Assembly (NCBI GenBank): GCA_951406725.2
Contig: OX597814.1
Coordinates: 51,336,001 to 51,400,000, forward strand
Source: Octopus vulgaris
Lineage: Eukaryota
DNA: 64,000 nucleotides
Reading direction: 5' to 3'
Below, in pieces: positions 25,329 to 38,474 of this stretch. Below the pieces are notes generated by a model. It had not been told where the DNA came from, ran no database searches, and worked only from the letters and a program-made list of their open reading frames with translations. Each line of letters starts with the position of its first letter. Position 1 is the stretch's first letter. The position numbers were made by a program, and so were the translations under genes.

Positions 25329-26724
25329 GGTCTGATTTAAATCAACAATTGTTGATCATAACTTTTAATCATAAGGGTAATTTCACCCCACTCCAAAATT
25401 GCATAAAATTGCTTTAAAGCACGGGTTTATGCTACATCCTCTCTCCCCCCATGGTATGTCTTTTAACTAGACTGTCTATTGCACATGGCATGCATGTGTC
25501 TTAGATGACACGTAGACGCATTCAGGCAGGTCGTTATATCAGGATTAGTATGAGCTCATTTTTTCCTTTATGTATGGTGAATTGCTATTAGTAGTAGTAT
25601 TATGCAAAAGTAATGCTCATAGGTTCTTGATAGCTGCAGAGTTTTCATTTGAGAACTATGCTATTCGAGCTTTCTATTCCAACTTTACCCAAGAGTGACC
25701 TTAAAAGAATCATTCCATTTGCTTTGAGGAGCAGCAAATTGAATAATTTTTTAACAAAAGAAGTGACTTCATAAAACGATTATAAAGAGCAAAGAGCTTA
25801 CTATTTGAGTTTATCCAACTCGGGTTTGTTGTCCCAAGCTTGGAGTTAGATCACAGTTTGAGTAACAGTGGGCTCTACTGGACAAGTTAGATAAGATAGA
25901 CATGTATTCCCTTACAGCTGATGTAGCTTAACTTTTTTTTTTTTTCAAGGCTTGAACACCAATTTCAAGAAACTAGCTTTGAATCGATTTGTGGTCTACG
26001 AATATTCTTTCAAAGATGAAGACTCCTACTTTCTACCATTTGCAACACTTCAGCGCATGCCTGTTGACCATTTACTGCATTTTAGCTTGTCTTACAAAGT
26101 CTCTTTGAAAAATTCAAATTTGATTGCAAAGAATTCAAATTTTATTGCAAAGAATTCAAATTTGATGGCAAAGAATTCGAATTTGATGGCAAAGAATTCA
26201 AATTTGATGGTAAAGAATTCAAATTTGATGGCAAAGAATTCAAATTTGATGGTAAAGAATTCAAATTTAATGGCAAAGAATTCAAATTTGATGGCAGAGA
26301 ATTCAAATTTGATGGCAGAGAATTCAAATTTGATGGCAGAGAATTCAAATTTGATGGTAAAGAATTCAAATTTGATTGCAAGGAATTCAAATTTGATGGC
26401 AAGGAATTCAAAATTGATGGCAAAGAATTCAAATTTGATGGCAAAGAATTCAAATTTGATGGCAAAGAATTCAAATTTGATGGTAAAGAATTCAAATTTG
26501 ATGGCAAAGAATTCAAATTTGATGGCAAAGAATTCAAATTTGATGGTAAAAACTTCAAATTTTATTGCAAAGAATTCGAATTTGATGGCAAAGAATTCAC
26601 ATTTGATGGTAAAGAATTCAAATTTGATGGTAAAGAATTCAAATTTGATTGCAAAGAATTCGAATTTGATGGCAAATAATTCAGATTTGATTGCAAAGAA
26701 TCCAAACTAAATCGAAAACATCTG
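25329..26724 (+). mobile_element. 3' arm of the same long-TIR element, with expanded subterminal array
   Basis: 25329-25590 is the reverse complement of 23322-23587; 25700-25960 matches 23950-24215; ends atcgaaaacatctg|TA. Confidence 0.7.
26108..26705. repeat. 21-bp minisatellite, about 28 copies (GCAAAGAATTCAAATTTGATG)
   Basis: Directly visible; it translates as an AKNSNLM heptad in the ORF track. Confidence 0.97.
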
Positions 26725-27056
26725 TATTATAGCTGGATAATCTCTTCAGTTCCATTCCATAAAGATTGTATACTTCTTGAAAGGGTAAAATAATAGATAA
26801 TAACTCTCAAGATAAAAAAGGCGAGAGTGTATAGTGATATTGTCTCCTTAGACTGTACATTCACTAATACCTATGAGCACTTTTACGCTATCTGTAAAAT
26901 CAAATGTTTCAAAGTATGATTTCAAAAGTAACCCTATATTTCATGATTCTTTATAAACTGCCAACAAACTAATTTTTTCAAATAATGGTGAAATTTCCTT
27001 GGGTTCTGCTTGCAAATAAACTGTGAACACTAAGTAATTATATATTATATTGTTTG

Positions 27057-27062
27057 TTTATT
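27057..27062 (-). promoter_or_regulatory. Candidate polyadenylation signal (AATAAA) of the ANKUB1-like gene
   Basis: First minus-strand AATAAA noticed, ~460 nt downstream of the stop. Such hexamers are common in AT-rich DNA. Confidence 0.25.
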
Positions 27063-27518
27063 ATTACTTTGTTTTTGGTAAAATATTTACTAATTGTAGG
27101 TACTAATACCAAAATTTACAGACAAATAAAGCATGCTAGGCATCTTACTTTGTAAAATGTCATGACCTGCAATTTCTCCTTGAAAAGATTGTATTTCAGA
27201 TTTGTGTATTTTTTTATAAATACCATGATCAGGATATGTTGACCGATATATTGAAACCAACTTAATCACATTTTGATTCTTTTGGCCTTAGAGACATTAT
27301 TATGGATACATTTTTGAAGTCTGAATCAGGGAAAAATTAACTCAATGCTATATTACAGTTGAGATTTCTCCTTCTAGTCTTTGATTTATATACCACAGTT
27401 ACACCATAATGGTAAACCCTTTATGGACAGGAAACCCAGGGTAACTAATATTATATGGCAATATTATATGGTTACTAATATTATATAGGTCACCTGAAAT
27501 CTAAGCAATATAATTAAA

Positions 27519-27888
27519 TTAACTAATCTTCCCCACTTCATGATTCTGCAATTTAAGCAAAACCAATTTAGCCGAATTATTAACTGATTCAATTTGCTTC
27601 AGGTGGGCATCAACAGCCCAAGCAGGATACTGAACAGCAGACTCCTCAGATTTCAACGAAATAAGGTACTCATGGAGGGAATCTTTTGAGTGACTCGTCT
27701 CTTTTTCCTCATTTTTGTCTCCTTTTCCTTCTCCTCCTCCTCCTATTCTTCTTCTTCCACCTCCTCCTCCTCCTTCTTCTTCTTCTCCTCCTTCTCCTTC
27801 TTCTTCTTTATAATCTTCTTGTTCAAGATGGTCATTATAATTTACCCACGCAACTTCAGTATCAACTAGGTTGTTTGACTTCTCCCTT
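27519..27888 (-). CDS. ANKUB1-like gene, terminal coding exon (acidic/Gly-rich tail)
   Basis: Polypyrimidine tract and tgtag acceptor; phase-2 entry matches the previous exon; REKSNNLVDTEVAW...GKIS*; 370 nt. Confidence 0.7.
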
Positions 27889-28199
27889 CTACAGTGAAAA
27901 AAATAAAAAATAAAAATAAAGAGGAGTTGAAACATTAAAAATTAAGATCAATAATATAATAATGATATAACTGCATCTGAAAGAAAAAAAGAGAACTGTC
28001 ATAAATTGGACATTTATTTTCTATTATTCTGTTTAACAGGAAGAGCCAATTCAATGACATTTAAACTGGGTATTTTAAAATAATTTCCTCTAGCATATAG
28101 TCTATTAAATTAGATTTGATTTAAGCAAACATAATCAAATATAGTTTAATTTTAATGTAAATGAAAGCTAGAAACTAAATTATATTTAATATAGGCTCA

Positions 28200-28515
28200 T
28201 GTATCACTGTATTACTGTATCGACCAGACTATTGGGTGTTGTTATACATGCTGGTCACAATGCACTCCCTCACAGTGTTATAGCTCTCAAATGATACCAC
28301 CCTACTGGCTAGGCAGGCAGGCTTGCATTCCTCTTGAACAGAATGTCTGTCCATCACAGAGTTCCATCACAGAGTTACTCATTTACAGCTGAGTGGACTG
28401 GAGCAGTATGAAGTGTTTTGCTCAAGAACTCAACATGCCACTAGTCTGGGAACTGAAACCACAGTCTTGCAATTGTGAGTACAACACACTAACCACTTAG
28501 CAATGTGCCTTCACA
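28200..28515 (-). mobile_element. tRNA/CORE-like SINE
   Basis: Minus strand has the head gtgtgaaggcacattgctaagtggttag and the block cttgagcaaaacact...ctccagtccactcagctg. Confidence 0.7.
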
Positions 28516-29800
28516 CATATGCTTATAAAAATTGATAAAATAAGAGGTTACAAACTCAATAGGCATATTATAAGTATCATGGTTTTGATTTGGGTCATAT
28601 TATCTGTGATATAACTGGAATCTGCAGCTTAAGGTAAGTTACTCTGAGACACCATTCACATAAAAATCAATAGTTAAGTTGGAGTTGAACATTTTTAATG
28701 CACACTACATTAGAATTTCCAAATTAGATTTTCAATACTTTGCATTAAACATGATCAGCAGCAGACTAGAGTATGGTATCACTTAGGAATTAAAAAATCA
28801 CAAACTACAAAGCAAACAAAGCTGTAATTTTGAACTACCTATTGTATTCCACCACTATATACAATAATTTCATTATATTATATATATGTATTGTACCATA
28901 AGATTACAGCACTATAAAGACATTAACACACATAATCTGAAGATAATAACAAAAATAACAAACATTTACAAAAATACATACACAGAAAAATTAATATATT
29001 GTTAGTACCAGTTCCTTCAAACAAGCTACACATAATTTGAAAAGTGATACATATGAATAGAGTAGATGTGAATACATTTCCTTCCTTCTTGAATCCTACA
29101 GCTCATTGCAAGATCAGAGGGTCACCATTATGGTGCATTGTACACCAGTCTTTTCCATCCGTTGAAGAAGCTTGATCAAGTTTGGATCTCTACTAATGAT
29201 TTCCTTGCCCATCTTTTCTGCTTGCTATTCTCCTTTTCCTTGTCCCTTCAGTTCCTTGAGAAATATTCCCCAACAAGATCACAATATATTGTTATATGAC
29301 CATATTTCTTTCCTTCACTAGTGTGAAAAAGTCCTCTTAGTAGTCAATGAGATACTGAAAGATTTGACAAACTTTGCATGTTTGTCATATGACCCAAATA
29401 TCAAATGACAAACATGCTGTAGCAGCATCTGACTTCTTTCTCTGTATCTCTGGAGTGAGATGAGGACATACTTTACATATGGTACAGGAAGTTGGGGAGT
29501 ATCAGTGCATGCAGGAATTCGATTTTGGTCTTTATGGCAATGTTTCTATCTTTCCTTATTGCTTAAATTTGATTAATGCAGTCATAGTCTCTCTGGTTCA
29601 TGGAAGATTTCTTATCTTGAACCTATATCATTTACAATTTCCCCTAGGGATTTCAACTTATTCAACTTATGCACTACCTCTAGTATCTGTCCTTGGATAG
29701 AGAAGTTGCCATTTGTCATCAGTTTGATTTATTCAGAGCTGGTTGCTATTCCAACAAATTTAAGAAAATAGCATGTAAAAGTAAATTCTATCATACTTAC

Positions 29801-29899
29801 AATATACTAGCACTTGAAGATTCATTCAAACCATCAATATCTTGAATATTTGGAATACTTTCTGTAGCTGGAGATGTTTTGCTCTTATGTTTTTTAAAC
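29801..29899 (-). CDS. ANKUB1-like gene, internal exon (duplicated unit, phase 2-2)
   Basis: ttgacag|...|gtaagt; 99 nt; FKKHKSKTSPATESIPNIQDIDGLNESSSASI. Confidence 0.75.
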
Positions 29900-30319
29900 C
29901 TGTCAAAGAAAATGATAGATATATCTTTTAAAATAGTTAACATTCAGACTTCTTTGGTTCACTACCCATTTCCCTCTATACATTATACTTCAGTCCTCAT
30001 AACCTCTATCTTATAACATTTCTTATAAGAGTTGAGACACAGAAAACTGCATAAGATATTAATACATGAAATTTTAAAATCCACCTCTTGGTAACAACTC
30101 AAAATGCTCTCAAACAATATTAATGATCCTGGATATAAATAGGGCTAAATTTGGGAACTGTTGTTTTAAAAGAGAAGCATCAGTAACAATGTTTCGATTA
30201 TATTTTCATTTAAATAAGTGATTCTGAAGCTGCTACTATGAAAGTAATATGTAGATTGGAATTAAAGAATTACCGAATGCAGAAAATCAGAGCAGTTTGT
30301 AAGAAATAAGGTGACATCA

Positions 30320-32930
30320 ACATCATCATTTAATATCTATGTTCGATGCTGACATGAGTTGGATTGTTTGACAGGATCTGATGGATCCAAGGACTACACT
30401 GTGTTCCAGTGTATGCTTTGACATCATTTCTGTAGTCAGATGCCCATCCTAATGCTAGCCACTTTACAGTGTGTACAGGGTGCATTTTTAAAATCACCAC
30501 ACTAATGAGGTCATCTTGACAGGCTACGAACTTCAAGATGGGCAGTTTTATACCTGGAGATTAGGGGTTAAAGTATGAGAGAAGGGGGCCAGAGTAGACC
30601 AGATTTCTTGCTGTAGAAGAACAACATAACTACTCATATTTAGAAGAGAGGGTGAAAGTTAGTGGAATGAGCTGAAAAGAGATAAAATAGTGGTGATAAG
30701 GTGCTAGGGTGACACCCCAAGGTACACAGGTGAGTAAAAATGAATAGGGACAGAGAAACCAGGCATATGGGTGGGAACAGTTGCAAGAGTGTATAGGGGA
30801 GTGGGAGCTGAGGAAATGGAGGAGAGGGGAGTGGTAGACAACCCTGTGAAGAATGGGTAGGCTTGAAGGGTGGATATAGTGAATGGTGGATAAGGGGTGG
30901 AGGACAACTAATAATGGATGAGTTAAGGGAAGTAGGGAGTGCAGAAGAAAGTGGCACAGAGAGTGGCAGGATAGTAATTATGATGCACTAGACAGGGGAA
31001 GATGAGAGAGAGATGACTTGTGACTGGATAGGTTGCAGGAGTGGTGGATGAGGCAGGTGTAGTGCATGTGAAAAGGGAGATATGTATGGTGGTGGAGGAG
31101 AAGAGGTAATTTGGGGGTTCTGTGGTGGTGGAGGTGATAAATGTAAAGCGTGTATGGAAAGAAGAGCATTAATGGATGAAGGATGGGTAACAAATGAAAT
31201 GGTTCTGGGTAGTAACAAAAATAAATGGTATCAAGGAAGAACTAGGGTTAGAGAGATGATGGGTGGAGGTGGGGTATTTGAGGAAAAGATTGAGCAAAGG
31301 GTCCAGTCATGCATTGCCAGTCATTTTAGTCCTTTGTCATTTCTTCTATGGGATTCAAGATCCTGAAATCAGTTTTCACCACTTCATCCATATCTTCTTG
31401 GGTCTCCCTCTTCCACAAGCTCCATCCACATTAAGTGATCAGCACTTCTTTATATAGCTGCCCTCATCCCTACACATTACATATCCATACTAACACAGTC
31501 ATCTTTCTTGCACATGGACTCTGATTCCTTTTGTGCCCAGCTTTCGTCTCAGTACATTTGTACTATGATTTTGTGCACACTTACATTGCACATCCTCAGG
31601 AACATGGTCACTTCATTTCATTCCAGTCTTCTCAAGTCCTCTGCATTCAAGCCCTATGTCTTACTACTATGCAGTATTGTAGCTCTAACACAAGCATTAT
31701 ACTATCTGCCCTTTACTTTGAGGGAAAAGACCTTTGTTGCTAACACTGGTAGTGGCTCCCCGAACTTTCTCCAACATGTTTTTATTCTAGCTAGTATACT
31801 TTCAGAGTAACCACCTTCCTTGCTAATTATACCTCCTTGATAACAAAAGCTATCAACTACTTCTCATGAATCATCATCATCATCATCAACATTTAACATT
31901 TGTTTTCCATGCTGGCATGGGTTGAACAGCTTGAGAGGAACTGGTAAGGCCAAGGGCTGCATCAGGTTTCATAGTCTGTTTTAGATTGGTTTTTACAGCT
32001 GAATGCTCTTCCTAATGCCATCCACTTTACAGACTGTACTGGGTGCTTTTTATGTATTACTATCTCCAGTGCTTTTTATGTGGCACCAGCACCAGTGCCT
32101 TTTATATGAAACCAACATCCACACCAACACTTTTATGTGCTACTTTGGTTTAAGGATCTCAGTTCCGTTGTGGTGGACAGGTCGTCTCAAATACAGTGAT
32201 GTGCCACATATATTGGCCCTTTGTCATCTCCTTTTTGAGATTGGCCTTCAATATTTCATCCCATGTCTTCCTGGGTCTCCCTCTTCCACAACTTCCTTTT
32301 TGCTTTAAGTGATCAGCACTTTTTTATGCAACTGTCTTCATCCGTCTGCATCACATAACCAAACCAGTGCAGTCTCCTCTCTTGCACACTGCATATAATT
32401 CCTCTTGCATAATTCCTCTCAATACACCAGTGCTCTGTTACACATACACATTGACATCGCACATCCAGTGCAGCTTACCAACTTCATTCCTCTCTAGCCT
32501 TTATATGACATCTGCATTCAGGGTCAACATCTCACTACCATGCAGCATTGCAGTTCATATACATGCATCATACAATCTTCCTTCCACTCTGAGAGAGAAA
32601 GACCTTAGGTTGCCAACAGAGCCATCTGGGCATTAAAGAGAATCTATTTCCATGGTGTTCATAGTACATACTACTCTAGTGCATCTATTACATATGAAGC
32701 TTACATTCTCAGTTAGTCTACCTGTGCTTCCATTATATCTCTTGTGTGTCTATAGCTTACATTAAATACACTGTATGGAGTTTATACCTACTCGTTTTCT
32801 ACACATTGAGCAAGGTTATTTCCCTGAAGAGACCAGGATCCTGTCTCCTTTCCTACTTACTAAAACTTTCAGCTTTGTTAACTTCTCAATTCTAAGTTTA
32901 GCTTCCATGCCTGGAATTTCCTAAGGTTAT
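30320..32930 (-). mobile_element. Nested degraded RTE fragments in intron
   Basis: (ATC)n tails at ~30320 and ~31870; reverse-complement RT C-terminal and PHD-insert remnants. Confidence 0.7.
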
Positions 32931-33399
32931 ATTTCATTTCTTTCCATGCACCATACCAAATGAAAATATGAAGACCATGATAGCTAGTAGTATGATGATT
33001 TATACTTAGTCCATGCTGTAAAGTTGTTGGCAATAGAAAGGTCATCCAGGCATAAAAAAACCATGTCAAGAAACATATTCACTAAATCAATACTAATCCT
33101 TAATTGCTTATACAAGTCTAACACTTATGGTAGTGCTGTGCAAAGAAATGGCTACTTAGGTGTAAGCATCTCTTGATCATCATCAAATGTCTCTGCCAAG
33201 TCTCACTCAATTACTTTCTTGTAGAGATAGATATCAAACAGTTCATCCATCACTGCTTCCACCAGAAACTACTCTCTTCCTGCCTGGAGCAACACTTCAG
33301 GCTTGTTACCATCAATGGCATTACCATTAGTCCTGTGGCCATCAATGTAAGGTAAGTCAGGAAAAACTTGAAGTAGTGCTAGAGTGGAGATGATTAGAT

Positions 33400-35690
33400 A
33401 TGTTGGATCTGGTATTCTCCCGCTATCCAAGATCAGTGTCAGACGTATCTGTGTGTGCCCCTCTTGCCAAGAGTGATCATGCGGTCCTGAAGTTCGTCAT
33501 GCACACAACTTTTTCTATGCCCACGACTACTTCGCTGCCACGTAGAGTCTTCTCTGCAATTAATCTTGAAATTCTAACCGAGGCTTCCGCACTTCTGGAC
33601 TGGCGATCCCTGATGACGTTGTCCTCAGTTGACGAACTATGGTCATCCCTCAAAGCATATGTAATCTGGTTGACTGACCAAGCAGTTCCCGTTGGGCTTC
33701 CCAAGAAGAAGAAACACAAGCCCTGGGTGACGAAGAAGGTTAAACGAGAACTTCGACTCAGAGATATTGCTTGGACTGAATTCAAAAATCTGGATTCGAC
33801 TGCAGCTTTTGAGGTGTACAAAACTCAACGAGACCGAGCCATGAAAATTGAAAAGGAAGAACGCTTCAGTTATGAATACAAAATTGCGGCAAATGCCAGT
33901 AGCAATCCAAAAACCTTCTTTGCCCATGTCCAACGGAATTCCCGCTTGAACAACCAGATTGCAACGTTGGTAGACTCAACAGGCATATCGATTGAGGATC
34001 CTTATCAACAGAGTCAATTATTTTCCAAGGCTTTTTCAACTATTTTCAAACAAGATGATGGTAGTGAACCCCCTCCATTTGATAGATCGGTACCTCCAAT
34101 GCTTCGATTGGTCATCACGCGGGACGAAGTCAAACGTGTTATTCAAGGCCTCGATGTCAACAAGGGTCACGGCCCTGACGGCATACACCCACGGGTTATC
34201 AAAGCGTTGGCTCCGGTTGGCGAGCCCTTAACCCGTCTATTCAATATGTCATTGGTGACGGGTGTTATACCTGCGGACTGGAGAACAGCGATAATCCGCC
34301 CAATTTTCAAGAAAGGGTTCCGCGAAGACCCTCTTAACTACCGACCGGTTTCCCTTACATCAATAATCAGCAAGATGTTCGAAACCATCCTTAAGAAAAG
34401 TATGATGCTCCACCTCCAAAACACAGCCTCTATCTCTGATTCCCAACACGGCTTCGTGCCAAAGAGATCATGCTTGACCAACTTACTGGTAATGGAAGAA
34501 TTGGTGACGCGCATCCTCGATGATAGTGATGCTGTTGACATCGTTTTATTGGACTTTGCCAAAGCTTTTGACTCGGTAAACCACTGCCTATTACTTGTCA
34601 AGCTTCAAGCATATAGTTTCCATCCGGATATTGTATGATGGGTTGGTGCCTTCCTCTCAGATCGCTCCTTCCAAGTCCAAGTTAATGGTTCGCGGTCCGA
34701 CGTCTCCAGTGTGAGCAGTGGCGTGCCTCAAGGTTCAGTGCTTGGGCCCTTATTGTTCTTAGTCTTCATAAATGACTTGCCCGACGACCTCACGCAACAC
34801 ACCCTTCTATTTGCCGATGATGTCAAACTGGTCGCTCCTCGCGGTGATATAGAGGATCTTCGTCGATACCTCCACCAAATTTGGAGGTGGTCTAACGAAT
34901 GGGACCTGTGTCTGAACGTGTCAAAGTGCTGTCATCTGCCTGTTGGCTCTCCTCCTGCAACTCAACTTGATTTCGAGCCGGGTCGTCTGCTGCTGGAGAG
35001 GACCGATCAGGTAAAGGACCTGGTTATCTTGGTGGATTCCTCCTTTTCGCCTTCGGCCCAGTGCGTCCATGCTGCCAACAAAGCACACAGAATTCTGTTC
35101 TTGATTCGACGGTCATTCGGAATGCTCACAGCAGCCATATTCCTACCACTCTATGTCACGCTGGTGAGACCCATATTGGAGTACAGGATTCAAGCCTCTT
35201 CTCCTTATCTCCTCAAAGACATACAGCATCTCGAAAGAGTCCAGAAGCTGGCTACCCGCATGGTTCATGGTCTCAAAAATTTTTCCTATGAAGAAAGGCT
35301 GAGGACGCTCGATCTTTATTCTCTAGAAAAACGCCGCCGCCGTGGTGATCTCATTCTCGCCCACAACATCATAAGCGGAAAGTGTAACCTCTTGAAAGAG
35401 CTGTTCTTCACTCCTGCTCCAGAGCGTCGGCTGCGGGGTCATTCCGAAAAGCTCTACCTGCGACGATTTCATCTCAATCGAAGGAGAGGAGCTTTCTCCG
35501 TCCGGGTTGCGGATCCGTGGAACAAGCTGCCAGACGAGATGGTGAAGATGCCGACAACCGCTTTGTTCAAAGCCTCCCTTGACCTCAAGTGGCCTGAACT
35601 CTTTACATGAACACCACCCTGTACTTAACTCCATGTCCCCCTACATGGCCTTGCTATTTGCTTTTGAGCCAAATTAACTAACTAACTAAC
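33400..35690 (+). mobile_element. CR1/L2-group LINE, 5'-truncated, nearly intact ORF2
   Basis: One reading frame from 33400 to 35610 with a single TGA at 34636. Motifs SDHAVL, GPDGIHP, NYRPVSLTS, DFAKAFDSV, GVPQGSVLGP, LFADD. (TAAC)n tail. Confidence 0.92.
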
Positions 35691-36369
35691 ATGTAGTGGC
35701 TTCATGCAAGCACAGTGTGGATTTGATCCTTGATCGCCAAAGTTCACTTGATCGCCAAACTGCACTTTTCTCATGGTAAAACAATAGTTTTTCTGTGAGC
35801 AACAGAAGTTACATTTGCCAGATGCCTTTGCTAAGCAGAGTAGTGTCTTTGCCACTTGATCCTTCTAACCTCTGCTCGGCCATAACAGACCCCCAATGAA
35901 ATTCAATGTTTTCAACAATACTTGTCACCTTCTAACTAATTTTGGATAGTTATAAATACCAGAATTTGGGAAAGCAAAATTAGTTAGTGAACCACGACAA
36001 CTAGAGTCATGGCCAAACAGCCAGAAAGAGAAAGGTCACAATCAGCCAACTATGAAACACATCTTCCTTCAACTCTATAACTTTCGCTAGCTCAATGTCT
36101 TTTACAACATCATTCTATCACTATGTATAGTTTACTACTAAAATAAGAACCTGTACACACATACAGGCTGAAATTAATTTTCTTAACCTCGTATGCTTTA
36201 TCAATTATATCATACCTGCCCATCGAGGCATGGCATTATATTAAGTAATTGTAAATAAATAAATCTGAAGTCAACATCAACTTTGATCACTGTTCTTCTT
36301 TCATCTTGTACATCTGCAACAGCAACACCCATTACAATTGCTAACGGCTGACTCCAACATATATCATAA

Positions 36370-37020
36370 TACAAACCATTGCACTGGTGACCACTGATTC
36401 CACCTTAACCAACTGTTACATTTGCCATTGTAGATGTGTACAGTGTGCAAGATGTGTGATGGAGACAGGTGCCAGCCAGACTCATTAAAACAGAAAAACT
36501 GAATTGATGAGCCAAGTTCTAAGAGTAACAGAAAGAGTTGTTGCATAAGTGATTAAGAAGAGAACTAACTTAGATGAGATGCAGTTCAAGTCTGTGTAAG
36601 GATGTGGAACTACAGACACCCTCTTCGTAATGAGACAGCTGCAAGAGGAGTTCTTAGGTAAGAGTGAACCACTATACCTAGCCTTCATTGATCAGAAAAA
36701 GGCATTTGACAGGATACCATGCTGTGTACTCTGATGGTCTTAAAGAAACTTTGATGTAGATGAACAGCTTATGAGAGCTGTCCGAACTAGGTACAGAGAT
36801 ACTATCAGTAATATGATAGTTGACAATGGGTTCAGTGAGAAATGTAGCATGCAAGTAGGTGTTCATCAGGGCTTAGTTCCCAATACCTTATTTTAGTTTT
36901 CCACGCTAACAGATAAGTTCAAGACTGGTTGCACATGGGAAATTTTCTATGTTGAAAATTTAGTTCTTATAGCTAAACTAATCAAAGGATCAGAAGAAAA
37001 GCTCCAAACATTGAAGCAGA
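36370..37020 (+). mobile_element. Old RTE RT fragment
   Basis: Remnants of RQLQEEFL, YLAFIDQKKAFDRIP and VGVHQG. Confidence 0.7.
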
Positions 37021-37222
37021 GAAGTAGGAGGAGGAGACAGTGGACGTGGTGGTGGTAGTGTGAAACTTGTTTATGTATTTTTTATTTCATCTAGAGAGAT
37101 GAACAAAAGGCAGATAAATTATTTAACGCTGCTTTAAAGAACTGTCCAAAATATTAGCAAAAACAAGAACTTGTTCAAACAATGCAATCCTACAAAAACA
37201 GATGATGACAAATTATACAAAC

Positions 37223-37321
37223 AATTTTCTTGTTGGAGGTTTTTTTACACCAGAAATATTTTTCTTTAGTCCTTCCATAACACGACCTGAAAATCTTTCC
37301 GAAGTTTCTTCAACATGTGGC
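37223..37321 (-). CDS. ANKUB1-like gene, internal exon (duplicated unit, phase 2-2)
   Basis: ttcacag|...|gtttgt; 99 nt; PHVEETSERFSGRVMEGLKKNISGVKKPPTRK. Confidence 0.75.
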
Positions 37322-38474
37322 CTGTGAAAGAAAATATAATAGATATGTTATAAAATATATTCAAATATCTTTAATTCACCTGCTTGGCTCCATACATCAT
37401 ACTTCATTCCCAGTAATCCCTAACCTATGGGTTTACCCAGAAGAGTTGGGTCAGAAAGAATAGTATTAGAAATAATTTCATGAAATCTGAAAACCACCTC
37501 TTAGTAATTACTAATAATTCTTTTAAGTAATATTAATGATTCTGGATATTAAGAGAGCTATATTTGGGAACAAATGTTTTAAGAAAAGAAGTGATTCTCA
37601 AACTGTTAATATGGAAGTAAAATGTAGATTGGAATTAAAGAATGCAGAAGATCAGTGTGATTTGTAAGAAAGAAGCAACATATCAGGGTTGTTTTTCGCT
37701 GCTTTCTATGCACCATACCATGTTCAATTATGAAGAGCCATGAATTTTAATGTGGTAACTAGTGGCATTATAATTTGTGCTCGATCCATGCTGTAAAGTT
37801 GTTGGGAATAAAAAGGGTGTGATAATTTACTAAATCAATGCAAAACCTAACTGACACATATGGTAGTGCCGTGCACAGAAGTGGGCAGCTAGGTGTGGGC
37901 ATCTCTTGGACCATCATCAAATGTTTCCACTAACTCTCACACTCAATCACTTTCTAGTGCAGATGGGTATCAAACAGCCCAGCCTTCACAATTGCCACCA
38001 GAAACTATCCTCTTTCTGCCATGAGCAACACTTCAGGTCTGCTACCATCAATACTGATACAATGAAATATCAGTATCAACATTTTTTTGGCCATCTTGGA
38101 AACGTCTGGATCACTTGTACATTTGTGTGTGGTTCATACACTCCTCTCCCTACACTTTCTGCAAGTTTGTGTAGACCTTTGAGCAGGTATTGTCATGACA
38201 ACTTTCTCTGTCATGGTCAATGCAATGATCACACGCTACCCACCGTCCTTCCAAGCACTGCTGTAAACAGCAGATATGAGCGAGAATGTTAAACTTTACT
38301 GCACATGCATAGCAGAGTTCAAGGCCAATCTGTGCCAAGCAGCTTTACCCTGTGTGTTTTAGCTTCATTACTATGGCAACAGTCCAAATACTTATTAATC
38401 AGACCTTGTGTATTTCAACCTCCTTAAAAAGAAGTTAAATTATTGAACACTACTTACAAGAATTGTTCAGAATA

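Noticed and set aside
25952-26710. 252-aa heptad ORF as a coiled-coil protein gene, or the array as a CRISPR locus
   Set aside because: The ORF starts at TTG and is explained by a stop-free 21-bp unit inside a transposon arm. The units have no unique spacers, there are no cas genes, and the context is eukaryotic.
30600-31290. Purine-rich tract with Pro/Ser/His-rich ORFs (similar tracts at 330-920 and 19084-19461)
   Set aside because: Strand-biased low-complexity sequence next to decayed RTE ends; no domain signal.
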